NCBI GenBank assembly: GCA_030427905.1
Contig: JAUICL010000004.1
Span: forward strand, 151,722-215,721
Reading direction: 5' to 3'
From: Bacteroidia bacterium
GTDB lineage: Bacteria > Bacteroidota > Bacteroidia > Flavobacteriales_D > Cryomorphaceae
DNA length: 64,000 nucleotides
Every line of letters starts with the position of its first letter. Positions within the stretch are counted from its first letter, which is position 1. This document shows, one piece after another, positions 1 through 8,966 of the stretch. The translations under genes and the position numbers were made by a program. Below the pieces are notes generated by a model. That model was given only the letters and a program-made list of their open reading frames with translations. It had not been told where the DNA came from and searched no databases.

Positions 1-25
1 TCTTGAACTGACCTTTCCACCATCC

Positions 26-604
26 TTGAAAAATTTGACGATTGAATGGAAGTCGAAGTTTAAATTTATTCAATACCCGTCTAGGCTTGAGCGCCTTACA
101 ATTATTAAAGGGGCTAAAATAAACTGGCCAGAACTCTTTGGCTCAAATTCGAACTTGGTCAAGTTGGAGCTTGAGAAATGTGATATCAAGGATATCCAGA
201 GCATTACAGTTTTACCAAAATTGCGATTTTTATATGTACAGGAGTGCAAAAATCTTTCCTTCTCTTTGCCTAAAATCGCAAATACTGCATTGAAATACTT
301 ATACTTTTACAAAGTACCAACTGCCCATCTTGATTTCCTTAAAGGATTCTCAAGGCTTGAAGTAGTAATTTTAGAATCTTGTGGGAAAGTAGATTCAATT
401 TCTCCAATTTCTGAATTGGTACACTTGAAAGGCTTGATGCTTTCTGGGAATACCATAATAGAGGGTGGAGATTTTGATTTTTTAAAAGATTTAAAAGACT
501 TGCGGAATTGTTTTATAGCTCCAAAGAAGCACTACTCTTTGAAAACAAAAGAGCCATGGAACTGGAAGAATTTTGGCCAGGTAAAAAAGGATCTATTCAA
601 GTAA
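26..604 (+). CDS. leucine-rich-repeat-like protein, possibly 5' truncated by the window edge
   Basis: ORF track. Repeated LxxLxL-type units are present (LVKLELEKCDI, LPKLRFLYVQECKNL, LEVVILESCGKV, LKGLMLSGN). The frame stays open back to position 2. Confidence 0.5.
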   Translation: MKNLTIEWKSKFKFIQYPSRLERLTIIKGAKINWPELFGSNSNLVKLELEKCDIKDIQSITVLPKLRFLYVQECKNLSFSLPKIANTALKYLYFYKVPTAHLDFLKGFSRLEVVILESCGKVDSISPISELVHLKGLMLSGNTIIEGGDFDFLKDLKDLRNCFIAPKKHYSLKTKEPWNWKNFGQVKKDLFK

Positions 605-819
605 TTATTTGTTCAATGAGGACTTTTACAACCTTCTCCCTAGCAGTTACTTCCTACGGTCGTGATCTCACAAGCTGAGATACACCCGCTCCCCAGCATT
701 TCCAAAACTAGGACCCGCTTCAACACATTTACTTCCTTTGGTCGTGATATCGCTTGCTGAGATGTAAAGCTGCGCTTCATCGCAATTAGCGAACAGCCTT
801 CGCCTAACCTACACCAATT

Positions 820-1488
820 TTAAAGGATGGATTGATCTGAAAAATCAAACCCTGTCAGATTATTCTCTTGAATTGAGTTTTTCAGTTCCTGCGAAATCAA
901 AATTTTCGAATGAAGTGGTGGGAACATTGTTACATGATGCTTGCGTTCTTCAGAATTTGAAAAAAGAGTCAACTTATCTGCTCTCACATGTTTCATTCTA
1001 TTTTCAGCCTTAACCTGGATATAGTCAGCTTGAGAAGAAATATGCAGATCTCTGATTTTTACCATAGCGAGATTTGCCAGATGAAATTGAGAATTAGAAA
1101 AATCAATTGAATCGAAACTTTCTCTAACGGGATGAAGCCAAAAGTATTCGTAGATAACTCCGGAATGTTTAAGCTGAGCTGAATAGAATTTATGGGGCAT
1201 CATCGGAAACACTTGTAACACCATCTTGGCTCTTTTACTAAGTAAAAGTCCTCTGGCTGAAATGTTACTAGGACTTACGAGATCTGTCAGGATGGAATCT
1301 TCTTCTAGTTCGAATCTCAGATCAGGTTCAATTTTAGGGAATGTTCGATTGTTGAGTTTTGTCATAGAGTCGGGCATGTCGAACCAGTCCTTTGTTAGGC
1401 CTTCACCACTTGGCATACCTTTACATTGAGGGTATGAAGCGCCAATCACATTATCATCTGTTGAAGCAGTAAGAAGGTAAAAGGTCAT
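820..1488 (-). CDS. hypothetical protein
   Basis: Supported by the ORF track only (222 aa). I cannot name any motif with confidence. Confidence 0.45.
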   Translation of the reverse strand: MTFYLLTASTDDNVIGASYPQCKGMPSGEGLTKDWFDMPDSMTKLNNRTFPKIEPDLRFELEEDSILTDLVSPSNISARGLLLSKRAKMVLQVFPMMPHKFYSAQLKHSGVIYEYFWLHPVRESFDSIDFSNSQFHLANLAMVKIRDLHISSQADYIQVKAENRMKHVRADKLTLFSNSEERKHHVTMFPPLHSKILISQELKNSIQENNLTGFDFSDQSIL

Positions 1489-1704
1489 TTTGATGGAATT
1501 CTATTTCAGTTCGAACAAATTTGAGTTCCCTTCCAAAGTTGGGGCTTTGCAGCCAATTTAAGAACAAGAACTATTTCCCAATACAATATCTAAAGCACTA
1601 TTGATTATCAGTTAGTTATGTGCTTCTAGGTACAAATCAGTAACAAAAAGTCCTGAAATAGAGCTAATTAACCGCTAAACAAGTGCAAACACAAAGGTAA
1701 GGGA

Positions 1705-1737
1705 ATAAAAAAACCGCCCTAGAATTAGAGCGGTTTT
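1705..1737 (-). terminator. rho-independent terminator downstream of 1758..2396
   Basis: A 7-bp stem (AAACCGC at 1711-1717 pairing with GCGGTTT at 1730-1736) is followed by a T-run on the minus strand (the A-run at 1706-1712 on plus). Confidence 0.6.
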
Positions 1738-1757
1738 CGAGAGAGAACCAATTGCTA

Positions 1758-2396
1758 TTAAGCAACTGTTACAGAACCGATATAAACGCTGTTAGCGACT
1801 TCTTTACCGTCTTCTGATAAGAAACCTATGAAGGCTTCTACATCATCACCTACGTAGCTTGCAGGCATTCCTAAGTTCTGAGAAGTGGCACTTCTTACAG
1901 CTCCTGCGGAATCATAGATTGATTCGTCCTTGGTTGGGTTGTAAACAACTAGCAACGCCTTGTCAGTTGCCTGAGCGTTTCCGCTGCCTGTATTGTCGTC
2001 CCATGTGAACTCAACCAATCCACCTGAAGAACTAACAGCTGCGTTTGCTGCGCCTACTAATCCACCACGACTAACGAGCGCATTGGCGTAGTCAATGGTG
2101 AAGTTGGGATATGATCCCGTGATTGCGTTGTTCAAGTTGTAAGACATTGCAGCGTTGAACTGCGTCATCTTGTTTGCGTACAACTTGAAACCTACTCTCA
2201 AGAAGTCAGTCATTGACTGCAAGAATTTAAGAGTAGTTGAGAATTTAGAACGTTGGTCAACCTGACCTGCAGTTCTTGGATTCGATACGTTGGCAGGCTT
2301 GATTCTCATGTAATCAATACCTTTCCATGTACCACCTACGACATTTCCGACCTTGCCGGAGAAGCCGCCTAAGACACCTTGTGAAATTTTACCCAT
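1758..2396 (-). CDS. conserved Bacteroidota hypothetical protein (DUF6266-like, recalled from memory)
   Basis: ORF track. The N-terminal motif GVLGGFSGKVGNVVGGTWKG matches my recollection of that family. A hairpin terminator follows. Confidence 0.55.
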   Translation of the reverse strand: MGKISQGVLGGFSGKVGNVVGGTWKGIDYMRIKPANVSNPRTAGQVDQRSKFSTTLKFLQSMTDFLRVGFKLYANKMTQFNAAMSYNLNNAITGSYPNFTIDYANALVSRGGLVGAANAAVSSSGGLVEFTWDDNTGSGNAQATDKALLVVYNPTKDESIYDSAGAVRSATSQNLGMPASYVGDDVEAFIGFLSEDGKEVANSVYIGSVTVA

Positions 2397-2572
2397 TATC
2401 TTTAAATTTTTAGGGGTTAAACATTAGTTACTTGGACTTGACTCGGACTTGGTACGGCCTTGTCACTTTCCACCAAGATTACGTCAATAATTGGGCAAAG
2501 TGGTTTCTTTCGGTTTCTTAGCTCTTTCTTGCTTCGGTTTGCTTAAACTCCTATGACAAAAGGGAATGCAGG

Positions 2573-3034
2573 TCATAGCAACTCCCTGAAAAATGCCATT
2601 CTTGCGGTTTCAATCATTCTTAATGAAACATGGATTTTTTGTTCTTGAATCTCTAAGAGCTTGAAGCTCTGAATGAGTTTTTCAAGTTGTTTTTCCTTCT
2701 CTTCAGCAGCCTTTATGGTCCTTAGAAAATGCTTTCTGTATTCTCCAATGGTTATGAATGGAATCACTGAACCACGTAGAAACATTTCAAGCTGTCTTGA
2801 CTTCCAAAGTGCGTATGCTATCCAATACACCTGGTCAACCGAATCAGGATTTTCGAGGAGACAAACAAAGCAATTCGGGCAGGGTGCTTTCAATGGTTTG
2901 CCGCTATTCAATCCTTTATTCAGAATAAAGAAATGGGGCTGTGTGTAGGTGGTTTTCGGTCTGTGTGTCTTTATCAGAAGCGTTTTCATATAGCAAGCCA
3001 TTAGAATTATGCTCGCTGCGCTTCGCACAGACAT
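2573..3034 (-). CDS. hypothetical protein; the true start is probably the internal Met at 2989 (MKTLLIK...)
   Basis: ORF track. The C-terminal part looks coiled-coil-like (EKEKQLEKLIQSFKLLEIQEQK). No family assigned. Confidence 0.45.
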   Translation of the reverse strand: MSVRSAASIILMACYMKTLLIKTHRPKTTYTQPHFFILNKGLNSGKPLKAPCPNCFVCLLENPDSVDQVYWIAYALWKSRQLEMFLRGSVIPFITIGEYRKHFLRTIKAAEEKEKQLEKLIQSFKLLEIQEQKIHVSLRMIETARMAFFRELL

Positions 3035-3220
3035 TTTTAAAAGAGAAAAGAAAAAAGGGAAAAAAAGAAAAGAGAAAGCTCTCTTTGAATGTGGGGAGGG
3101 ATTGTGAACAAGGTTTTTGGATCAAATACTACCCGAAGGGTGGAGATTTTATTCAAAACCCGCAGGGCTTGACCTTGTGAAACAATACCTAGTGCTAACG
3201 ACCCACTTAAATTTGCTTTT

Positions 3221-3448
3221 CTATTTTTTTGTTTGACAACATGAACTCCCATTATCATTTTGAATAGGTGGACAGGGAGTTGAGCCATAACTGCAGTAAA
3301 CACAACAATCACCTTGTTGAGGTTTCAGTACTTTCTTACAGTTCTCGCACTCATAGAAAAATTGACATGCGTCTGTAGGCATGGTTTCTTCTTTCTTGTG
3401 ACCACATTCAGGGCAAGTAATTGTCGATTGTAGGATTATTTCGCTCAT
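3221..3448 (-). CDS. GDCCVxC-motif small cysteine-rich metal-binding protein
   Basis: Contains CPECG, CENC and the literal GDCCVYC motif. Its start overlaps the stop of the merTP-like gene (3445-3448). Confidence 0.75.
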   Translation of the reverse strand: MSEIILQSTITCPECGHKKEETMPTDACQFFYECENCKKVLKPQQGDCCVYCSYGSTPCPPIQNDNGSSCCQTKK

Positions 3449-4056
3449 TTTAATTTATTCACTGATTTAACTTTATAACCTGTATTACCGATTGCCGATT
3501 TAATTTCTTCAATATTCGTTTGAGATTCATCAAAGGATACTACGGCATTCTCATCTTCATAGGAAACTTCTAATTGTGTAATACCCGGAAGCTTACCAAT
3601 TTCTACCTTGACGTGTTCTTCGCATCCTGTACAGGTCATACCTTTAATTGAGATTTGATAGTTAGATTCAAGGGTTCTATCAACGGAATTTGAAAACTTT
3701 GTCTCAGGAAAAAAGGAGTCGGCATAGTATGGAAATGCAAGCATAATTGCGGCAAATACTGTAACAATGCCAAGGAATCTTTGCGATTGCCAAAGGCTTG
3801 GTTTTTCGACATCATCACAAGCGCATTCAATTTCTTCTTTTGACTGAGGTTTTAGTTTCTGATACCATGCAAATGCTAGAACTAGCAGTGTTATTGCTAT
3901 TAACCATGGACGAAAGGGTTCTAACCATGAAAAGGAAGCTGCTATGCCGCTAGACCCTGCAATAAGAGCTAGTACAGGTGTGATACAGCAGAGTGAAGCA
4001 CTGACGGCAGTCAGGACGCTTGTTAAGGCCAAGGATTTTGATTTATTAGGTTTCAT
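3445..4056 (-). CDS. merTP: MerT/MerP fusion-type mercuric (heavy-metal) transport protein
   Basis: An N-terminal TM region with a CC pair (SLCCITPV) is followed by a C-terminal HMA domain with GMTCTGCEEHV. Confidence 0.75.
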   Translation of the reverse strand: MKPNKSKSLALTSVLTAVSASLCCITPVLALIAGSSGIAASFSWLEPFRPWLIAITLLVLAFAWYQKLKPQSKEEIECACDDVEKPSLWQSQRFLGIVTVFAAIMLAFPYYADSFFPETKFSNSVDRTLESNYQISIKGMTCTGCEEHVKVEIGKLPGITQLEVSYEDENAVVSFDESQTNIEEIKSAIGNTGYKVKSVNKLK

Positions 4057-4421
4057 ATAGCTAGTTGTTTTTCTGAAGCCAATAGATTGAATATTGGATT
4101 GAGTATGTGGCTATTGGATTCTGCAAGTGAATAAAAAACTGTTTGTCCAATTTTTTCATACTTCACTATTCCCGCTTCCTTGAGTTTTTTTAAATGCTGA
4201 GAGATTGCAGGTACAGTCATACCGAGGACATCACTTAAATCACAAGGGCACATTTGGGATTCTTTGTCCAATAGGAATAAGATTTTTAAACGAACTTCAT
4301 TACCTGCAAGGTTTAATGCCTTTGAAATACGTGTTACTGACGCTGAGACATCTTCAATGCTTTGTTTACAGTCATCTATTTGTGCCTGATTAGCATAAAC
4401 CCTGATACATGATTTTACCAT
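4053..4421 (-). CDS. ArsR/SmtB-family metalloregulatory transcription factor
   Basis: Winged-HTH signature CPCDLSDVLGMTVPAISQHLKKLKEAGIV. It is the first gene of the merTP operon and overlaps the start of the next gene. Confidence 0.85.
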   Translation of the reverse strand: MVKSCIRVYANQAQIDDCKQSIEDVSASVTRISKALNLAGNEVRLKILFLLDKESQMCPCDLSDVLGMTVPAISQHLKKLKEAGIVKYEKIGQTVFYSLAESNSHILNPIFNLLASEKQLAI

Positions 4422-4431
4422 AATTGAGCGT

Positions 4432-4451
4432 ATTTAAGTGATTGCTTAAAT
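4432..4451. promoter_or_regulatory. 7-6-7 palindrome ATTTAAG-tgattg-CTTAAAT; candidate ArsR-family operator
   Basis: A perfect inverted repeat lies 11 nt upstream of the arsR-like start codon. A second similar palindrome sits 49 bp away. Confidence 0.5.
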
Positions 4452-4480
4452 TAACGCAAATAAAAGAAAAGAAGTTTATT

Positions 4481-4500
4481 GTTTAAGCAAATACTTAAAC
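4481..4500. promoter_or_regulatory. 7-6-7 palindrome GTTTAAG-caaata-CTTAAAC; second candidate operator
   Basis: A perfect inverted repeat with the same half-site core (TTTAAG) as 4432-4451. Confidence 0.45.
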
Positions 4501-4529
4501 ATTAAATCTACAACTGTCTTTCTTGGTTA

Positions 4530-5335
4530 GGAGTGGGGAAACGCAGGTAAACTAAGGCGAAGCCGATTTCGCGAGCCGCCTGCGAGCGGAGCAAGGGTGG
4601 TGTAGGAAAAAGCCTGAATCCCTTTAGGGTGAAGGCGACCTACGCCTATGTAGGAACTACACAGGGCTGGCGTGATTTTTTGCAACCGTGTCGGGAGAGG
4701 CAAGTGTAGTGAACGAATTGAAAGGAATGACGAGGCACAAGGAATGAATAGAAATGAGTGAACTGCTCTTGTGAGCGGAGGTGAAAGGGGCTAAGTAGAA
4801 GGAGTGGATTGAAAAGAATCGACTGAAACGCAGCGCCTGTAGCCGTGGAGGTAAGCAAAAAGCATGACAGCCCGATTAGCCCGCAGCGACCCGCAGGCGA
4901 GCAAAACAATAAGCAGCGATAACCCCCCAATTAAATATATGTGAGTTTAGCGAACACCTTAATCGGGGTTTGGGGGGATAGAAAAGCTGCGAATGAGGAT
5001 TGAGTGGAATGTGTGAAACAAAACAAATGAACGACTTGAAGTGAGCACCCACTGGAGCGCAAACTGAAAGGTAGTGAGTGGTATATGCAAGGGCGACCGT
5101 AGGGAGTGCATTTACCCTTGCAGATATGTTTTTGTGAAACTAAATGGAGCGATTGACGAATACCGCTTTACCTGCGTTGGGGTTGTGCGTTGGCAAAAAG
5201 CAAGTGTAGCACGATATGGAATGTAGCCTTGCGGAATGGAATAACGGGCTTCTCTTGCTGTGCGGTGCTAAAGGTTGGTAAATGGAATGAGGAACGAATG
5301 AAATGCACCTACCGTAGGCACATGGCCGTGGGAGG
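4530..5335. other. ORF-free, GC-richer, purine-skewed block of unknown nature (candidate structured RNA or decayed insert)
   Basis: No credible ORF. It is G+A rich on the plus strand and contains many local hairpins (CCTAC-GCCTAT-GTAGG, GCAAGGG...CCCTTGC, CCCCCCAA...TTGGGGGG) and at least six GGAATG words. Confidence 0.3.
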
Positions 5336-5337
5336 GA

Positions 5338-6144
5338 TTACTTTGCTAATTTAAGTATTCGGAAAGCACCCTGAATGACTATCAAAAAGACTATCGAACC
5401 AATTGCAAGGTCAGGAATCTGACTGCTGGTAAAATAGACAAGGGTGCCTGCTACAATCACACCAATATTTATAATAATATCATTGGAAGTAAAAATCGCT
5501 GAAGCCTGCATGTGAGCTTCTTTGCTTTTGGATTTTTGAATAAGATATAGCGAAAGACTATTGGCTATTAAGGCAAGAAATGAGATTATAATCATGGTTT
5601 GAAATACAGGCATTTCTTCCGATCCTATAAATCGCCTTATCACTTCAATTAATCCTATTAGGGCTAGGAGTAATTGAAAATATCCACTCCATTTCGCAAC
5701 GTTCTTTTTGCGGATAGCAGATTGCCCCACTGCCATTAAACTGAGCGCATATACAATTGAATCAGCCAACATATCTAATGAATCAGCCACTAAACCCATT
5801 GACCTAGAAAACCAACCAAAGAGTATCTCAATTACAAAAAATGAGAAATTAATAAGTAGTACTGCCCATAGTAGTTTTCGCTCTTTTTTGGAGTCTTTAG
5901 AGTAGTTTATTGACTCTGTCGTTTTTGATTCGAAAACTAATTTTGTATCCAATTTCAGCTCTTCTAGCAGATTCAATATTTCAGTTGAATTGCCAAGGTG
6001 CATTACAGTTAGTTTTCTGTCTTGAATTTCAAAATCAAGTTGCTGTATGGAATCATAATCGGAAAGCTTCATACGAATCATTTGCTCTTCCGAAGGGCAG
6101 TCCATTTTAGAAATGTGGAATATTGCTTTTCGCATCAAATCCAT
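5338..6144 (-). CDS. HMA-domain-fused cation efflux transporter (paralog of 22479..23270)
   Basis: The N-terminal motif ISKMDCPSEEQMIRMKL (an HMA-like variant) is followed by about six TM segments. It shares long identical stretches with the paralog (HMQASAIFTSNDII, GAFRILKLAK). Confidence 0.7.
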   Translation of the reverse strand: MDLMRKAIFHISKMDCPSEEQMIRMKLSDYDSIQQLDFEIQDRKLTVMHLGNSTEILNLLEELKLDTKLVFESKTTESINYSKDSKKERKLLWAVLLINFSFFVIEILFGWFSRSMGLVADSLDMLADSIVYALSLMAVGQSAIRKKNVAKWSGYFQLLLALIGLIEVIRRFIGSEEMPVFQTMIIISFLALIANSLSLYLIQKSKSKEAHMQASAIFTSNDIIINIGVIVAGTLVYFTSSQIPDLAIGSIVFLIVIQGAFRILKLAK

Positions 6145-6734
6145 CGTCTCACACTATTTTTATATGCTTGGTATGCTTCACCATGTGTTTCAAGTAAATA
6201 CTCTTCTTCTAATCTTACTTGAACTTGTACGGTTATGAACATCACTACTACCAATGTAAAGCTCAGGGTGTTTGGAAGAATGAGGAAAATGCCAATGTAA
6301 AATACCACTACGCCTAGGAATACTGGATTTCTTGAGATAGCAAATATCCCTTTATCAACTAATTCAGTCTTTTCGTCATAGTCTATTCCAATACGCCAAG
6401 AATCTGACATTTGAACTTGAGATATTAATGTCCAAAGAAATGAGATTAGCAGGAGGGCTATACCGACCATTTGTATTGAGTCCTGTGATAAAAAAGTGAT
6501 AGGATTCAAAAACTGATAAACAGCTGGTAGGTAGGAGTAGCAGACAATTGTTATAGCCATAAAAAGAACGGCCATTTTGTAAATGAAACCGAGGTAGTCA
6601 TGTGCTTTCTCGGTTGAACTGAAAACAAAAGGATTAACACCCGATTGCCGCCATACTATGATTGAGCGAAGCACAAAGACTATGAGCAAATACGCAACGG
6701 TGATAATTGGAGTTATGATTTGGTAAAAGTCCAT
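6135..6734 (-). CDS. isoprenylcysteine carboxyl methyltransferase (ICMT/PEMT)-family membrane protein
   Basis: A multi-TM protein with ISRNPVFLGVV and the C-terminal EEEYLLETHGEAYQAYKNSVRRWI, both typical of this family. Confidence 0.65.
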   Translation of the reverse strand: MDFYQIITPIITVAYLLIVFVLRSIIVWRQSGVNPFVFSSTEKAHDYLGFIYKMAVLFMAITIVCYSYLPAVYQFLNPITFLSQDSIQMVGIALLLISFLWTLISQVQMSDSWRIGIDYDEKTELVDKGIFAISRNPVFLGVVVFYIGIFLILPNTLSFTLVVVMFITVQVQVRLEEEYLLETHGEAYQAYKNSVRRWI

Positions 6735-6737
6735 GAT

Positions 6738-8912
6738 TTAGAAAATGTTAATCTTCACACCACCATTAAATACAAAGCCTGGAGTGGGTGCCCATATATC
6801 ATTAAAGGTTGGATTGGAAATTGGAGCATTTACAAGTGGTTCAAAATTGGTTTGTATTGTGTTGGTGAAATTCTCGAAGTTGGCAAATAGGGTAATGTGT
6901 TCAAAGTGCTTCATCACCATAAAACCCATTGTCCAATAATCAGGTTTTTGATCAAAGCTGTTATCAAATTGCTGGCCTGTGTAGTAGAGTTCGTAGCCAA
7001 CTGACCAATTGTCTTCTAATTCATACATCAGAATGAAACCTGCCATACTCTCAGGGGTTAAGGGCTGCTGCTTATTTATATTGTCGTATTTCAGTTGTGT
7101 GTTGGTATAGGTGTAATACATAAATAATTTAAAGTCTTCGTATGTGGTTCTAATCGAAGTTTCAAAACCTGAACTTTGAATTGGGCCATCGGCATTTTCA
7201 TAAAAGTATGTGCTGCTTGGTACATCTTCTCTTAGGACTAATGCTTGGTTGAGCTGTGTGAAAAAGAAGAGTTGGTTAATGGCAAACGTGAATTTGTCTA
7301 GTACAATAGTTTTATAGTTGAAGTCAATATTCCCACCAATGGAGGTTTCGGGATTGAGTGAACTTGTGCTAATCGGTGCTATATCTTTATAATAAATACG
7401 CTCCGCATCTTCTGTAAATAGCGTTGGGAGTTTATAACCCATTGCACCGCTTATCCTTGAAGAAAACTTATTGCTGTGCTTGTAAAGTAGTGCAAGTCTT
7501 GGCAGTACAAAGGGGCCATGTTCAATGTTGTAATCGGTACGTAAGCCACCTTCAAAAACAAATCTTTCACCTAAATTCCTTGTGTTCTGGACAAAAGCAC
7601 CAAACGTATTGAATGTGTAATCCTGAGAGCCAAGGCTATCAGGATTGTTGTCTGTAAAAGACTCGTAATAATGATTCACTCCTAAGTGCCATTCGTTTTC
7701 ATCTGATTTGTCGAGTTTTAGAAATGCTTCTGAAAAACTGGATAGCTGCTGTCCGTCAAATAGATAGTCGGGAATAGTTAATTCCCGGTTGAACAGGCTT
7801 ATATTATTTTTTAAAATTATTTCACGGTTTTCCTTTTGGTTCTTCAAGAGGAATTGAGAATTATACCTTTCGGATTTATTTACTTCCGTAAAGACATTTT
7901 CTATCTCGGGATTGCCGTCAATCACTTTCATATCTCCACCTGTTCTTTCATCAAGGGTTGCACCTACACCAAGCGAAACTTCTGTGTTGTTGCTGGGATA
8001 ATAAAATAATCGTGGATTTAGAGTGAGAGACTGTGATTGAGGCATGTTCGAGAAACCATCATCATCTGGGTCGTATGCTATTTGATTGTTTCCTGACCCA
8101 TACATGGTTAGTCCAAACTTTCCATACTTCTGGGCATAGAAGATATTTCCTGTAGTTCCCAATGCGCTTGTTTGGTCAATCATTATGGTAAGTTCAGGTT
8201 CTTCTTCTGGGGGTTTGGAAACCAAGTTTACTATACCTGCAATGGCTCCACCCCCGTAGAGTGTAGAATTTCCGCCTTTAATTATTTCAAATTGCTTTAA
8301 GTCAAGTGGCGGGATCTGTAAGATTGATAGCCCACCTGCAAAGCCGCCATATATCGGTGCTCCATCACGGAGCATTTGGGTATATCTACCGTCAAGTCCC
8401 TGAATACGTATGTTCATGTTTCCTGAACTCAAAGAGGTTTGTTGCATCATTATACCTGGAGACTCTCTAAGTACCATGCTTATGTTACTTGAGTTCATTG
8501 CTGCTTTCTCTCCAAGTTCTTCTAAGGTTACAGCTTCTATACGTGTTGGAATGGTCTCTATTGTTCTTGAAGAACGTGTAGCAGACACAATTACTTCTTC
8601 AAGCTCTTCACCGGATTCCATGACAATAACAATCGTTTGACCATCAGATTTAGGAAAAAGTAGTGTTTTGGATTGCGGTTCATACCCTACATAACTTATA
8701 AAAAAGTTGATTGAGCCGTTGGGAATATTTTGAAAGTGATACTTGCCTTCCGCATTTGTTGTACCACCATTTGTCGTTCCATCAATAACAATAGTTGCTC
8801 CAATGAGGCTTTCACCTTCTTCATCATTTACCTGAAAGTAAATGTTGTTTTGTGCAATAGCAGATACGCTAAATAGAATGAAAAGTGATAGAAATGCGTG
8901 CTTCATGTTCAA
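6738..8912 (-). CDS. TonB-dependent receptor with N-terminal carboxypeptidase-regulatory-like domain
   Basis: Signal peptide, a CarbopepD-like N-terminus (GATIVIDGTTNGGTTNAEGKYHFQNIPNG), a plug region, and a C-terminal beta-barrel ending in an aromatic residue (NIF). Confidence 0.85.
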   Translation of the reverse strand: MNMKHAFLSLFILFSVSAIAQNNIYFQVNDEEGESLIGATIVIDGTTNGGTTNAEGKYHFQNIPNGSINFFISYVGYEPQSKTLLFPKSDGQTIVIVMESGEELEEVIVSATRSSRTIETIPTRIEAVTLEELGEKAAMNSSNISMVLRESPGIMMQQTSLSSGNMNIRIQGLDGRYTQMLRDGAPIYGGFAGGLSILQIPPLDLKQFEIIKGGNSTLYGGGAIAGIVNLVSKPPEEEPELTIMIDQTSALGTTGNIFYAQKYGKFGLTMYGSGNNQIAYDPDDDGFSNMPQSQSLTLNPRLFYYPSNNTEVSLGVGATLDERTGGDMKVIDGNPEIENVFTEVNKSERYNSQFLLKNQKENREIILKNNISLFNRELTIPDYLFDGQQLSSFSEAFLKLDKSDENEWHLGVNHYYESFTDNNPDSLGSQDYTFNTFGAFVQNTRNLGERFVFEGGLRTDYNIEHGPFVLPRLALLYKHSNKFSSRISGAMGYKLPTLFTEDAERIYYKDIAPISTSSLNPETSIGGNIDFNYKTIVLDKFTFAINQLFFFTQLNQALVLREDVPSSTYFYENADGPIQSSGFETSIRTTYEDFKLFMYYTYTNTQLKYDNINKQQPLTPESMAGFILMYELEDNWSVGYELYYTGQQFDNSFDQKPDYWTMGFMVMKHFEHITLFANFENFTNTIQTNFEPLVNAPISNPTFNDIWAPTPGFVFNGGVKINIF

Positions 8913-8947
8913 GTTTTAATTCGAACACAAAGCAAGCTATTAAGGAG

Positions 8948-8962
8948 TGCAATGCCATTGCA
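8948..8962. promoter_or_regulatory. palindrome TGCAAT-gcc-ATTGCA between Fur paralog 1 and the TonB receptor gene; candidate Fur-family box
   Basis: An inverted repeat. A homologous copy, TGCAA-cctgt-TTGCA followed by the same AAGTTTA, lies at 31982-32003 after Fur paralog 2. Confidence 0.4.
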
Positions 8963-8966
8963 AAGT

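Noticed and set aside
820-1488. A possible polymorphic-toxin immunity protein (DUF1629/Imm-like) next to an LRR protein.
   Set aside because: This was only a vague resemblance in size and in the C-terminal GFDF motif. No toxin gene is nearby and I cannot verify any motif, so it is kept as hypothetical.
3221-4421. A complete mer operon.
   Set aside because: No merA or merB-like ORF exists in the window. Only the transporter, the regulator and the small Cys-rich components are present.
4646-4930. A 94-aa minus-strand ORF inside the purine-skewed block.
   Set aside because: The translation is low-complexity Cys/Leu/Phe/Ser-rich with no recognisable motif. It is best explained as a by-product of the pyrimidine-rich minus strand.
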